Below are positions 9,680 through 18,611 of a stretch of 64,000 bases of DNA, piece by piece. How positions within the stretch are numbered: position 1 is the first letter of the stretch; each line of letters opens with the position of its first letter. Origin of the DNA: Hyalangium minutum (lineage in GTDB: Bacteria; Myxococcota; Myxococcia; Myxococcales; Myxococcaceae); assembly GCF_000737315.1 (NCBI RefSeq), contig NZ_JMCB01000008.1, positions 434,001 to 498,000 of the forward strand. Direction: 5' to 3'. The notes under the pieces are model-generated. The model did not search any database and was not told the origin of the DNA. It worked only from the letters and a program-made list of their open reading frames with translations. Position numbers and translations under genes: made by a program.

Positions 9680-10342
9680 ATGCGCAACCCCCGGGTCGAG
9701 CAGTACAGCACCACGGACACCCGCCGTGCAGAGGGCTTCGCGGACGCGGTCTTCGCCATCACCATCACCCTGCTGGTGCTCGAGCTGCGTCCACCCGAGG
9801 TCCCGCCCGGCCAGCTGCTCGCCGGGCTGCTGCATCAGTGGCCGTCGTATCTCGCCTACGTGACGTCCTACCTCTACATCGCGGTCATCTGGCTCAACCA
9901 CAAGCACGCCTTCCTGCGCATCCGCTCGATGAACCGGGGGCTGCACTGGGCCAACCTCGGAATCCTCTTCACGACCGCGCTGCTGCCGTTCGCGACCGGG
10001 GTCCTGTCGAAAGCGGTGCGGGAAGGCGATCCGGCCGACGAGCGGACGGCCGTGGCGCTCTACTCGCTGGTCGGCGCGTTCCTGTGTGGCACCTGGGTGG
10101 TGTTCTTCCGCTACCTCGGCCACCACCCGACCCTGCTCGACGAGGGAGTCCCCGCGGAGTTCTTCATCCAGGAGACCACCCGCGCGTGGCTGGGGGTCAT
10201 CCTCTACGCCGCCGCCGGGGCGTTCGGCTACCTCGTCGCCCCGGTCATCGCGCTGGTGCTCTTCCTCGCGGTGCCGACCTTCTACGCCATCACCAGCCAC
10301 GGGCTCTACGAGCTGGGCATCGTGTTGCGTCGGCGTCGCTGA
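9680..10342 (+). CDS. TMEM175-family potassium channel
   Basis: RAEGFADAVFAITITLLVLEL signature with multiple TM helices. Confidence 0.92.
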   Translation: MRNPRVEQYSTTDTRRAEGFADAVFAITITLLVLELRPPEVPPGQLLAGLLHQWPSYLAYVTSYLYIAVIWLNHKHAFLRIRSMNRGLHWANLGILFTTALLPFATGVLSKAVREGDPADERTAVALYSLVGAFLCGTWVVFFRYLGHHPTLLDEGVPAEFFIQETTRAWLGVILYAAAGAFGYLVAPVIALVLFLAVPTFYAITSHGLYELGIVLRRRR

Positions 10343-10481
10343 CGCTCTCTCTGCCGAAGGCCCTATTGCGGCGGACATCCGCCGCGCTGATTTCGGTTGT
10401 GCTCACCGTTCCCGCAGCTCCTGGGGAGAAGCCCATCATCAATCTACATCCCGGTTTCCAAAGCCAAACGAGAGTCCCTAT

Positions 10482-10961
10482 ATGTTTCTGGGGCTTTCGT
10501 GGGCGCACAAAAGCATCGCGGCAATTCAGGCTTCAAGACATCAGTTGGCTACTTACAGCCATGTAGGCATATGGCTTTCCGACAAGGAGAGCCACGAGCG
10601 GTCAATCAAGCAAGATCTTGAAGAGCCTTTGATGCAGCTTGCAAAGAAGCTCAACAAGAAGACCGCGCAAACTAAACGCGGTCCCGAATGGGGTAGGCTT
10701 CTGTTTGTGCAAACATGGATTGCGTCCGAGTTTGACCGCATAAGGCGTGATCAGCTTGAACGATTCAACAATGAGCTTTTCGCCTCCAGTGGCTTGGGCG
10801 CAGCGCTGCTGGTGAGTCGAAAATGGGATGCCTTGAGGCTAAGGCATAATTGGATTGTGCATCCAATCTTGCCGCATAGTCGGCAATCGGACTTGTGGGA
10901 ACTCCTCTCCCGTGTAAGCCAATCGGGTAGCGAAGTTTTGGTGCCACAAGTTACAGTGTAA
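10482..10961 (+). CDS. Low-GC hypothetical ORF, probably a 5'-truncated fragment
   Basis: Open frame from about 10385 to 10961 in a visibly AT-richer patch; no recognisable domain. Confidence 0.35.
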   Translation: MFLGLSWAHKSIAAIQASRHQLATYSHVGIWLSDKESHERSIKQDLEEPLMQLAKKLNKKTAQTKRGPEWGRLLFVQTWIASEFDRIRRDQLERFNNELFASSGLGAALLVSRKWDALRLRHNWIVHPILPHSRQSDLWELLSRVSQSGSEVLVPQVTV

Positions 10962-11040
10962 ATCGATGGGGCACTCATTACGAAACGGCTCGTGTCGTGA
11001 GCCACTCGCCGACGGGTTACGCCGTCGGTCGGCCCCGCGG

Positions 11041-11570
11041 CTACTTCAGCGCGTCGGCGAGAGTCGGGATCTTGCTCGCCTTGCGTGCCTGCTCGACCTC
11101 CGCGAGCTGCTTGTCGGTCAGCTCGACGTGCGTCCAGCGTTAGCCGCTGATCACCTTCCCGGACTGACCGTCCTTCGGGGGAGCTGCTTCGGGTAGACCT
11201 CGCAGCGGATCAGCAGGTGGGTTCCCGCCTGCCGCTCGTCGAAGAACTTCTTCAGCGCGGCCGGGTTGGCGAACTCGAGTTCGTCAGCGCCGACGAGGGT
11301 CATCAGGAACGACTTGAAGCGCCCGCCGCCGCCCTTCTTCTGATCGCTCAGGTTCTCGACATAGTCGACGGTCTCGCTGACTCGGCTCGGGGCCTCGCCG
11401 CCCGGAAGGGGCTCGGACTCGCGAACCTTCAGCTCGCCGATCGCGCTGTCGCCCTTGAAGCCCTCCTTCGTGCGGATGACCTCCACGGCGAGCAGGTAAC
11501 GACCGAAGCGGGGATAGCGGCCCCCCGCGGCAGCGGGCGCGGTCGCGATCTTCGTCAATGCACTGTTCAC
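11041..11570 (-). pseudogene. Phage-like ssDNA-binding-type protein, disrupted
   Basis: Natural frame to YPKQLP, then a 1-nt frameshift to KDGQSGKVISG, an in-frame TAA, and RWTHVELTDKQLAEVEQARK..LADALK-stop at 11041. SSB assignment is inference. Confidence 0.6.
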
Positions 11571-11796
11571 GTTGCTTGCTTCCTCTCTTTGGGTGAGTGC
11601 CAGCGACGCGGGCTTGCGACCGCTGGCACACGCCTAAATTGGTGCGCTTGCGGCGCGTGGCTCAGACTTCCGCGAGTGGCTCAGATGATGGAATCTTCCT
11701 AGATAGGGAAGTGTCCCTTCAGCCGATTACCTCACCGCTATTGGTTTCGGATACCATGTGGCATCAAAAAGCAACTAACGCCAACGAGAGGTCGCA

Positions 11797-12768
11797 ATGG
11801 AGAATCCCGCAAGGACGATATTCAACTCGATCAACACTGATCAGGATGTGGGACGCCTGATCAGGACGCAGGTGGAAGATCTTTATGTTGACTTCAAGAC
11901 CAAGCAAGATCACGCCATTTCGGACGTAGATCAACATCTCCAAGCAGTGCTTTCCAAGGCAATTGCGGGATTCGCCAATGCCGATGGAGGAGTGATTGTC
12001 TTAGGTGTCAATGCCCCCCAAGGGCAGCCGCCTTCCTTGAAATTGATCGCGCCACTTAATGACTTCGAGCAGGAAGTTAACTCGTATATTCCTCGCTCCA
12101 CTTCCTTTCCTGTCGCAGGGGCGGAAACGAAAAAGGTCCCTTTCCAAGGACAAGCAGGCGGCGTGGTGTTGGTGTACGTCCCCAAAAGCGACCTTGCGCC
12201 GCACTGTAGCATGAAGGATCGCCGTTACTATCAACGGATCGGCGACTCGTTCTTGCCGATGGAGCACTACCAAATTGCAGACATGTTCGGACGGCGCCAC
12301 CAACCGCGGCTCGTTCCCTATGTTGAGGCTAGCCGCGATATCAACTCCCGTGGAGGGATGGAGTTGATCGTTGGCGTCAAGAACGTTGGAGTGGCGATCG
12401 CTAGATACGTCTATTTGTCCGTGGAGGAGCGTGCACAATTTTCGTTTTCAGATTACGGCATTAGCGGCAACGGCCATTGGGGCTTGCCGCCCTTTGTTGG
12501 CGGGAGCCGGCTAAGTGAATATCGAGGTGGTGTTGATCATGTTATTCATCCCGGAGTTGCCCTGCCTGTCACAAAGATGAGAGGTGCCGTCAGGGTTGAT
12601 ACCCCGGCCACTTTGTTGGAGGAGTACTCACAGATTACAATTGCTGGTCGTGTCGTTGCAGAGGGGGCCGTGTTGAAAAACTGGCGTGTGTTTCTTTCTA
12701 GAGCACAGATACAGCAAATTCTTAGCGGGCCCAACCAATCGGTGGTCCTTGATAGTATACTGACTTGA
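11797..12768 (+). CDS. Schlafen/AlbA_2-domain protein with C-terminal Ig-like beta-sandwich
   Basis: VEDLYVDFK, I.GFANADGGVIVLGV, YYQRIGDSFLPM mark AlbA_2. C-terminal LIVGVKNVGVAIA..VIHPG is a CARDB/Ig-like pattern. Lower GC than the flanks. Confidence 0.85.
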   Translation: MENPARTIFNSINTDQDVGRLIRTQVEDLYVDFKTKQDHAISDVDQHLQAVLSKAIAGFANADGGVIVLGVNAPQGQPPSLKLIAPLNDFEQEVNSYIPRSTSFPVAGAETKKVPFQGQAGGVVLVYVPKSDLAPHCSMKDRRYYQRIGDSFLPMEHYQIADMFGRRHQPRLVPYVEASRDINSRGGMELIVGVKNVGVAIARYVYLSVEERAQFSFSDYGISGNGHWGLPPFVGGSRLSEYRGGVDHVIHPGVALPVTKMRGAVRVDTPATLLEEYSQITIAGRVVAEGAVLKNWRVFLSRAQIQQILSGPNQSVVLDSILT

Positions 12769-12808
12769 TTCTTAATGGACTTGAACCTGGAGTGATCGTC
12801 GGCCCGCG

Positions 12809-13115
12809 CTAGAGCGCGGGCCAGTCGTAACTCGCGAAGCAAAGCTTTTGCGGCGTGCCTTCGGTCTGCTCAATGAAGCGCGCGAAGTCTCGAGCCTTGC
12901 GGAAGGCTTCGATCAGCTCGTCGGTGTGCTGATACAGCTCGACCTCGACCTCGACCTCGACCTCGTCGGCGAGTTGCCCTTGACGGTGACACCGCCCGAT
13001 CGCCTGTTCCCACGCGGCGCCGTCGGCGGGCGGGTTCACGAAGAGCATCCGCGAGAACGCGGTTAGGTTCTTCCCCGTGCCATGCGCCCGAAGGGACGCT
13101 ACGATCGACCGCTTG
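12809..13115 (-). pseudogene. C-terminal fragment of an SF2 (SNF2-like) helicase
   Basis: IVASLRAHGTGKNLTAFSRMLFVNPP..AWEQAIGRCHRQGQ matches helicase motifs V/VI; no N-terminal ATPase domain. Confidence 0.75.
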
Positions 13116-13480
13116 CCGTTCTCGCGGATGCTGGTGCTCAGCCGCTCAAGCGAGGAAACCTGCGGCTAATGCACGGGCATCAGATCGCGAAGGTGCTTCC
13201 TAAGCATCACGCCGCGAAGGTCGCCGACGAGTGGGGAGTTCCCGGGCTCACGGTCGCCGTCGGGCACTCTCACCGGCCGGGGATGCACGTTCGGCCTGGC
13301 CGCGAGGGCAACTGCCGGGCGATCGCGGTCGGCGCGGGCCGCACGCTGGATCCCGACTGGGTGAAGGGGCGCCCGAGAGGATGGAGAACGAGCTGCTCGT
13401 CGCGTATCTCCTGCCGACTGGGCACGTCGCGGCTTACAGCGTGCGGCTCGTTAGGGGCGCGTTTCTCTGGGGGGTAAGGT
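13115..13480 (+). pseudogene. C-terminal fragment of a calcineurin-like metallophosphoesterase, frameshifted
   Basis: LMHGHQ and VAVGHSHR metal-ligand motifs; continues in another frame as WENELLVAYL. Confidence 0.6.
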
Positions 13481-13630
13481 CTACCGCTGAGCCGCGGTCG
13501 AGAAAGCGTCTCGCAGTCAAGTCGTGACCGAAGCTAACAGCCCGGGTGGGGCTTCCTGATCTGGTCTGCGGTGCCCCTGCGCGCTCGCAGAACCTGCTAC
13601 CGTTCGCCCAATTCAGGAGGTCACCTTCAT

Positions 13631-14491
13631 TTGAGCCAACCTGCTAGATTGGCCCTTGTGCTCGCGGTCGTGTGGGGAGCTGCGGCACGAGGAGAGACGC
13701 CTTTGAGCAGTCGTGCGAAGCGAGAGCGGCCTGTCGCAGTCGTCGGCAAAGCCGACGAGCCTCTGCCCGAGATCCACGTCGCGCCGGACGCGATCACGCT
13801 GCTTTGGTTTCCTGCCGACATCCAGCGGAAGACGCTGACGGTTGACGAGTCGCGGATCCGGGTGCTGGACACAGGCACGCGCTCGATCATCGTCCAAGCT
13901 GTGCCCGACTACCGGCTCGAGGAGCGGCACGAACTCGGGGTCTTCTTCGCCGACGGGCAGGCGCCCGCTCGGGCCGCGTTTGCGCTCGTCATGGACCCCG
14001 CAGAAGTCGACACGCGGATCGACGTGCAACGCCCCGAGCTGCCGACCGGCCCCTGTCCGGCCGAAATGCAGCGCGCCGCCCCCCGACCCGAAGACTTCGT
14101 GCTGAAGGGCTTCGTAAACGCGCGCGGCATCCCGACAGTCGTCGTCCCGAAGGTTGCGGACAGCGAGCGGGGCTTTTCGTCGGAACCCGGTGTCTCCTAT
14201 CGCGGCAATGGGTGGGCGATAGTGGAGGTGTGGATCCGCAACCTGTCCGGTCGGTCACCGTGGACGCCGCGCGACGTGGTGCTCAAGGACAAGGCGGGAG
14301 AGAATCTGCACGCGCGCCTTGTGACGGACGCCAAAGGCCCGGTTGCTCCGGGGGATCGCGTGCGCGTGCTCGCCGTTCTCGACCGAGCGGCCCCGAGCGT
14401 TGGGCCTGTCGTCGTCCTGGAAGTGCTCGGGGATGACAATCGCAGCTTCGTGATTCCCCGTGTGACACTTCCGATGGAGGGAAAGCCATGA
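13631..14491 (+). CDS. DUF2381-family myxobacterial secreted protein
   Basis: GGAGG then TTG start; signal peptide; EIHVAPDAITLLWFPADI..FFADG.AP.RAAF.L..DPAEVD..IDV.R pattern; stop overlaps the kinase start. Confidence 0.85.
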   Translation: MSQPARLALVLAVVWGAAARGETPLSSRAKRERPVAVVGKADEPLPEIHVAPDAITLLWFPADIQRKTLTVDESRIRVLDTGTRSIIVQAVPDYRLEERHELGVFFADGQAPARAAFALVMDPAEVDTRIDVQRPELPTGPCPAEMQRAAPRPEDFVLKGFVNARGIPTVVVPKVADSERGFSSEPGVSYRGNGWAIVEVWIRNLSGRSPWTPRDVVLKDKAGENLHARLVTDAKGPVAPGDRVRVLAVLDRAAPSVGPVVVLEVLGDDNRSFVIPRVTLPMEGKP

Positions 14492-16240
14492 TCGCGCGCC
14501 TTATCCGGCTGCCGTGGGGCGCCGTTATCGACGGCTGGCACGTCCTGAAGGAACTCGGCGACGGCGGTTTTGCTGTCGTCTACCTCGCCGAGAAGAATGG
14601 GCAGCGTCGGGCGATCAAGGTGGCGCGGCACCGTGACGCCAGCGGGGACGACAAACAGACACACGCTCGATTGAAGCGCGAATTGACGGTTCTTTCGATG
14701 CTGGACCATCCGAACATCGTCGAGCTTTGTGGCCATGGGTACGCGGAAGCGGGCAATTTCTACCTTGCCCTTGAGTATGTGGACGGCTGGACGCTCGGCG
14801 AGTGGAAAGAGCGCAAGCACCCCACCTTTCACGAAATCTTGAGCGTCTTTGTGAAGATCGCCGAGGCCCTGCTCTACATGCACAGCCGGGGCATCCTTCA
14901 CCGAGACTTGAAGCTCGCTAACGTGGTGATCCGGAAGAGCGACGGCAAGCCGATCATCATCGACTTTAGCTGCGCGACCTACACGCAAGCGGCGGACCTG
15001 ACCGAGAGCGGATTGCCTCCCGGAACGGATCGGTTCCGCGCGCCCGAGCAGTTCAAGTTCCTGCGCGAGCACAGAGACGAGCACCGGGCACGGTACGCCT
15101 TCCAGGTGGCCGACGAGATCTTCGCAGTCGGCGCGATGCTCTACGAGCTGCTGACGGATCCGCGACCGACAGAAGCGCGCGCGCGGGAGACTCTGAACAA
15201 CCCCTTCGACCCGCCTGCACCCGCGAGAGATCTGAATGCTCGCGTTCCCGAAGCGCTCAGCGACCTAGTCGAGAGCATCCTTTCGCGCGATCCCAACCTG
15301 CGACCCGTCGATACCGAGGCACTTCGGCGCGAGCTGGCCGAGCTTGAGGCAGATCCGGGAGCTGACTACCAAGCGCCCGCGCATCCCCCGTCAGAGCAGC
15401 GGCAGCCCCAGCCGGTCGGTCAGAAACCGGGCCGATGGAGCAAGCTGCGTGCGTTGGGCGGCAGGGTGGTTGCCGACGTTCGCCGCTTGGGGAAGGTGCT
15501 CGCGGCAGGCGCGGTTGCTGCTGTCGTGCTCGCTGCTGTCGTGGCTCTCTGGATGCTCCCCAGTGCGCAGACGCTCCCAAGCGCCGCGCCTGCCGCCCGT
15601 CACACCTGCCCCTGATATGTCACCTGCCCCCGCGCCTGTGGTGGTCACAGGTCCGGCCCTCGCCCCAGAACAAAAGGAAGGTGCAACAGTGAAGACACAG
15701 CCACCCGAAGCCCCGAAGCAAGCACGCAGCTCGCGCGAGCGCGGGCAAAAGGCTCCCCCAAGCGCGGACGTATGCAAGGGGCTGTCGCTAGCCGCTGCCT
15801 TCGCTCTCGGGTGCACCGGGGTTCCCGTCAAGCCCGATCCGTTTACCTGCCCCGAAGGCGCTCAGCGTGCGATGCGCGAGCTTCACTGGAACGACGGCGA
15901 TCGCTTGAGTCTTCTGATCGACGACCGGCACGGGGTGGAGGAGAACCTTTGGTTGCGCCCGGGTGACACGGTCGTCGGGGTTGTTCCGGAGTACGCGCGC
16001 GGGCAGAAGGCAGCCCCTCCAGGAACACGCTTTCTCGGGGGGAAGGTGTACGTCGTGCCCGAGAAGACGGCGAGCGGTCACCCGGGTCGAATCATCGTGA
16101 AGTACGAGCGCGTGAAGCTGCCGCGTCAAGACGAACTGCCCGTCTGCTTTGTCGTCGACACGACCGCCGACGAGTTGAAAGACGGTGCCGGTAGAACCGC
16201 GAATGGCGACGCTGGACTCGCGGTCGACTGGTGGCCTTGA
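14488..16240 (+). pseudogene. Membrane Ser/Thr protein kinase with a frameshift after the TM helix
   Basis: LGDGGFAVVY, AIK, HRDLKLAN, DFS, GT..F.APE, then a TM helix. The frame stops at 15615 while the natural C-terminal domain continues in the 15344..16240 frame. Confidence 0.8.
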
Positions 16241-16257
16241 GAGTACCCCCGCAGGTT

Positions 16258-16352
16258 GACCTAGCGGGTAGGCGGTCAAAATCGGCCGGTTTTGAGCGGG
16301 ACGCTATCCGACCTAGCAGGGCGTTCAAACCGGCCCCATCTAGTGGGTAAGT
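16258..16352 (+). promoter_or_regulatory. Repeated operator-like motifs upstream of the kinase-like gene
   Basis: GACCTAGC.GG..GGC.GTCAAA.TCGGCC occurs twice (16258, 16310), plus a third CTAG.GGGTA at 16340 and the near-palindrome TCAAAA-TCGGCCGG-TTTTGA. Confidence 0.5.
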
Positions 16353-16404
16353 AAGCTTGTCTCGCGCTGGCATGGTGCCCGCGCGATCGAGAGGAGGATC
16401 GAGC

Positions 16405-17541
16405 ATGTCAGCAATCGAGTTCAGGCTTCCCAAGGGGGCGATTCTGTTCTCCAAGGGCGGGTTTTCTTACGAGTTCCGCGCGGACTTGGGCGAGGCGCAT
16501 CACGGCCTGAGCCTCTTTCTCGCGCGGCGTCGCACGCCGGAAGGGCACCCTCGCGGGAAGGTGCTGCTCAAGGCGGTCGGGAGTCCGCGCGGCGGGGCTC
16601 AGGAAGGGCGGCGCTTCGACAAGGCACGGGCGAAGCTCGAAGAGCAAGTGCGTCTCGCGACGTACCTTCAGCACCCGGGCATCCTCCGTGTTCACGATCT
16701 GCACAAGACCGAATCGGCTTGGTACGTGATCACCGACCATCCGGCCGGGCAGGATCTTGACGACCTGATGGGACTCGCGACCGAACTAGACCGATGGTTC
16801 TCGCCCTTCTTCACGCTGTACGTTGGCGCGGCAGTCGCGAGTGCCCTTGAGCATGCGCACAATACAACGGACGACAAGGGGAACCCGCTCGGTATCGTCC
16901 ACCGGGCGATCGACTTGGGGCACATCTTCGTCGACTGGGAGGGTCGCGTTCAGGTCTCCGACTTCGGGCTCGCACTCTCCACACTGCCGGGCCGCGTCGC
17001 CTCCACCGTCCGCCGCCCGCAGGGAGATAGCTACTTCGCGTCGCCGGAAATGCTGCTAGGCGGCAAGGTGGATGCACGCTCGGATCTCTTCGCGCTCGGG
17101 CTCGTCATGCTCGAAATGTCCACAGGGAGGAGCCTGCTCGATACCGATATGGGTGTCTCCGACGCGGCAAAGGCGGCACTCTCGAAGAAGCAGCTCGCCC
17201 GCGTGAAGCGCGCGATCAAGCGCGCCAAACTGGCCGGGTGTGAGCCGACGATCGAGCAGACGATTTGGCGCGCGGCGACCTATACGCAGGGCGACATTGA
17301 CGCGGTTACAGCGAAGCTCCCCGAGAACCTGCGCGTGCCGCTGAGCAGGCTCCTTCAGCACGACGCGGCAGCGCGCTATCAGTCGGCGGGAGAGCTGGCG
17401 ACCGAGCTGCGCGGCTGGCTCTCACAGGTGGACTTTGGCAAGTCTCAAGCTGCCGCCGAGCTGAAGAAGCTGAAGGCGGACGCGGGCGCGGTCATGGTCG
17501 ACTTGGAGTTGCAGCGCACGGACGACAGCGCGTCGGCCTGA
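16405..17541 (+). CDS. Ser/Thr kinase-like protein, probable pseudokinase
   Basis: GAGGAGG RBS; VLLK, HPGI, DFG, SPE motifs present, but the catalytic loop reads HRAID instead of HRD. Confidence 0.85.
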   Translation: MSAIEFRLPKGAILFSKGGFSYEFRADLGEAHHGLSLFLARRRTPEGHPRGKVLLKAVGSPRGGAQEGRRFDKARAKLEEQVRLATYLQHPGILRVHDLHKTESAWYVITDHPAGQDLDDLMGLATELDRWFSPFFTLYVGAAVASALEHAHNTTDDKGNPLGIVHRAIDLGHIFVDWEGRVQVSDFGLALSTLPGRVASTVRRPQGDSYFASPEMLLGGKVDARSDLFALGLVMLEMSTGRSLLDTDMGVSDAAKAALSKKQLARVKRAIKRAKLAGCEPTIEQTIWRAATYTQGDIDAVTAKLPENLRVPLSRLLQHDAAARYQSAGELATELRGWLSQVDFGKSQAAAELKKLKADAGAVMVDLELQRTDDSASA

Positions 17542-17747
17542 GCGCCCCCCGGTGCCGGTCCCCGCTGCCCTGGGGCCGGTTGGGTCGTAGCAGCGCCCCG
17601 CCATGTTGCGTCTATGTCGCGTGAGAGCGCGGAATGGGCTGGAACGGGGCGGGACTACAGGGGATGCGGCGGGATCTCGATTCCAAGTCGTTCCGGGCGG
17701 TTGCGAGGTAAGGGCGCGATTCCGCTGGGAGTTTCGCACCGTCCGGA

Positions 17748-17772
17748 GCGGGTTCGATTCCCGCCGCCTCCA
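17748..17772 (+). mobile_element. tmRNA 3'-end copy, att-site remnant
   Basis: GCGGGTTCGATTCCCGCCGCCTCCA is a T-arm plus acceptor strand typical of the ssrA 3' end; no tmRNA body upstream. Confidence 0.75.
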
Positions 17773-17778
17773 TCCCGC

Positions 17779-18022
17779 GAATTCCCATCAGCACCGTCAC
17801 CAGCACGTTTGCCGACGCCACCCGCTCCACCTGTTCCACCAGCTGCCGCACCGCCGGATCCGGGCCCACCCTCCCGTGGAAGCACGCCGACTCCGCCGCC
17901 CGCCACCGCGGATCGAAGCGCACCTCCGTCTCCCCACCTGCAGCACCCTGTTCAGCGGCACCTCCGCCTCGTACAGCCGCCCCCTTCAGGTACGTGGCGT
18001 TGGTGGAGCTCAAGTCCCTCAA
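17779..18022 (-). pseudogene. Internal fragment of an FHA-domain sigma54 enhancer-binding protein
   Basis: RDLSSTNATYL (FHA STNGT motif), GETEVRF, then HG.VG.DPAVRQLVEQVERVA..VTVL (AAA+ start); cut before the Walker A motif. Confidence 0.7.
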
Positions 18023-18119
18023 GCCTCCGTTATCGGCGAGCTAGGCGCGGGAGCGGGAGGCCCGGGCTCATCGGTGAGCCCTGATGACTGGAGGCGGCCC
18101 AGGGAAAACCCCAGGTGGC

Positions 18120-18475
18120 CAGGACTCACCGGTCAGCTCTCTCGAACAGCCCCACATTGCTGGAATCGCGCATGCGGCCAAGTCTCACCAGTGAGACTTT
18201 TGGAACAGTCCCCACCACCGGGAACCGGCATGCGGCCAAGTCTCACCAGTGAGACTTTTGGAACAGCGGCGCATCAGCGGGGAGCGCGACGGGCCCAGTC
18301 CACGATCGTGGACTGTCCCAGTCGTGTGCGGCGAAGACTCACGCCTGTCGATTCAAGGGGTTGGCCGCTTGTGGCTGCCTCGCGCCTCATGCCCCTTGCC
18401 CGTAACCCCTCGGCCTTCCAGCGCTTTTCTACGACAGTCTCCCAACGTAGACGAATCGTCCACGATCGTGGACTG
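18120..18475. repeat. Cluster of palindromes and a 39-bp direct repeat
   Basis: GCATGCGGCCAAGTCTCACCAGTGAGACTTTTGGAACAG at 18170-18208 and 18228-18266 (58-bp period); perfect palindrome CAGTCCACGATCGTGGACTG near 18296-18315, repeated near 18457-18475. Confidence 0.9.
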
Positions 18476-18526
18476 TCTTCGGGGGTGGCTCATCACAAGC
18501 GCCTGTTTTTACTCGGACTCAGGCCG

Positions 18527-18547
18527 TGGCACTCCGCGTGCTCTAGG
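18527..18547 (+). promoter_or_regulatory. sigma54-type -24/-12 promoter
   Basis: TGGCACTCCGCGTGCTCTAGG: GG-N10-GC, about 65 bp upstream of the ATG at 18612. Confidence 0.7.
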
Positions 18548-18611
18548 GCCCTGCAACCGCAACGTCAAGCGGCCGGGGACGCAGGGTGCGTCTCCCAGGA
18601 GAACCCCTCTC

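Noticed and set aside
12938-12961. (CTCGAC)4 microsatellite giving EVEVEVEVE
   Set aside because: In-frame slippage inside an already truncated helicase; no evidence of phase variation.
14488-16240. Programmed frameshift in the kinase
   Set aside because: No slippery heptamer or stimulatory structure seen; a simple indel or sequencing error is more likely.
17580-17772. Full tmRNA gene
   Set aside because: Only the last 25 nt match; no GGGG-type 5' end or tag frame at the expected distance.
18170-18266. 39-bp palindromic repeat with a 19-bp spacer as a CRISPR array
   Set aside because: Only two good copies; spacers are short and resemble each other; no cas genes in the window.
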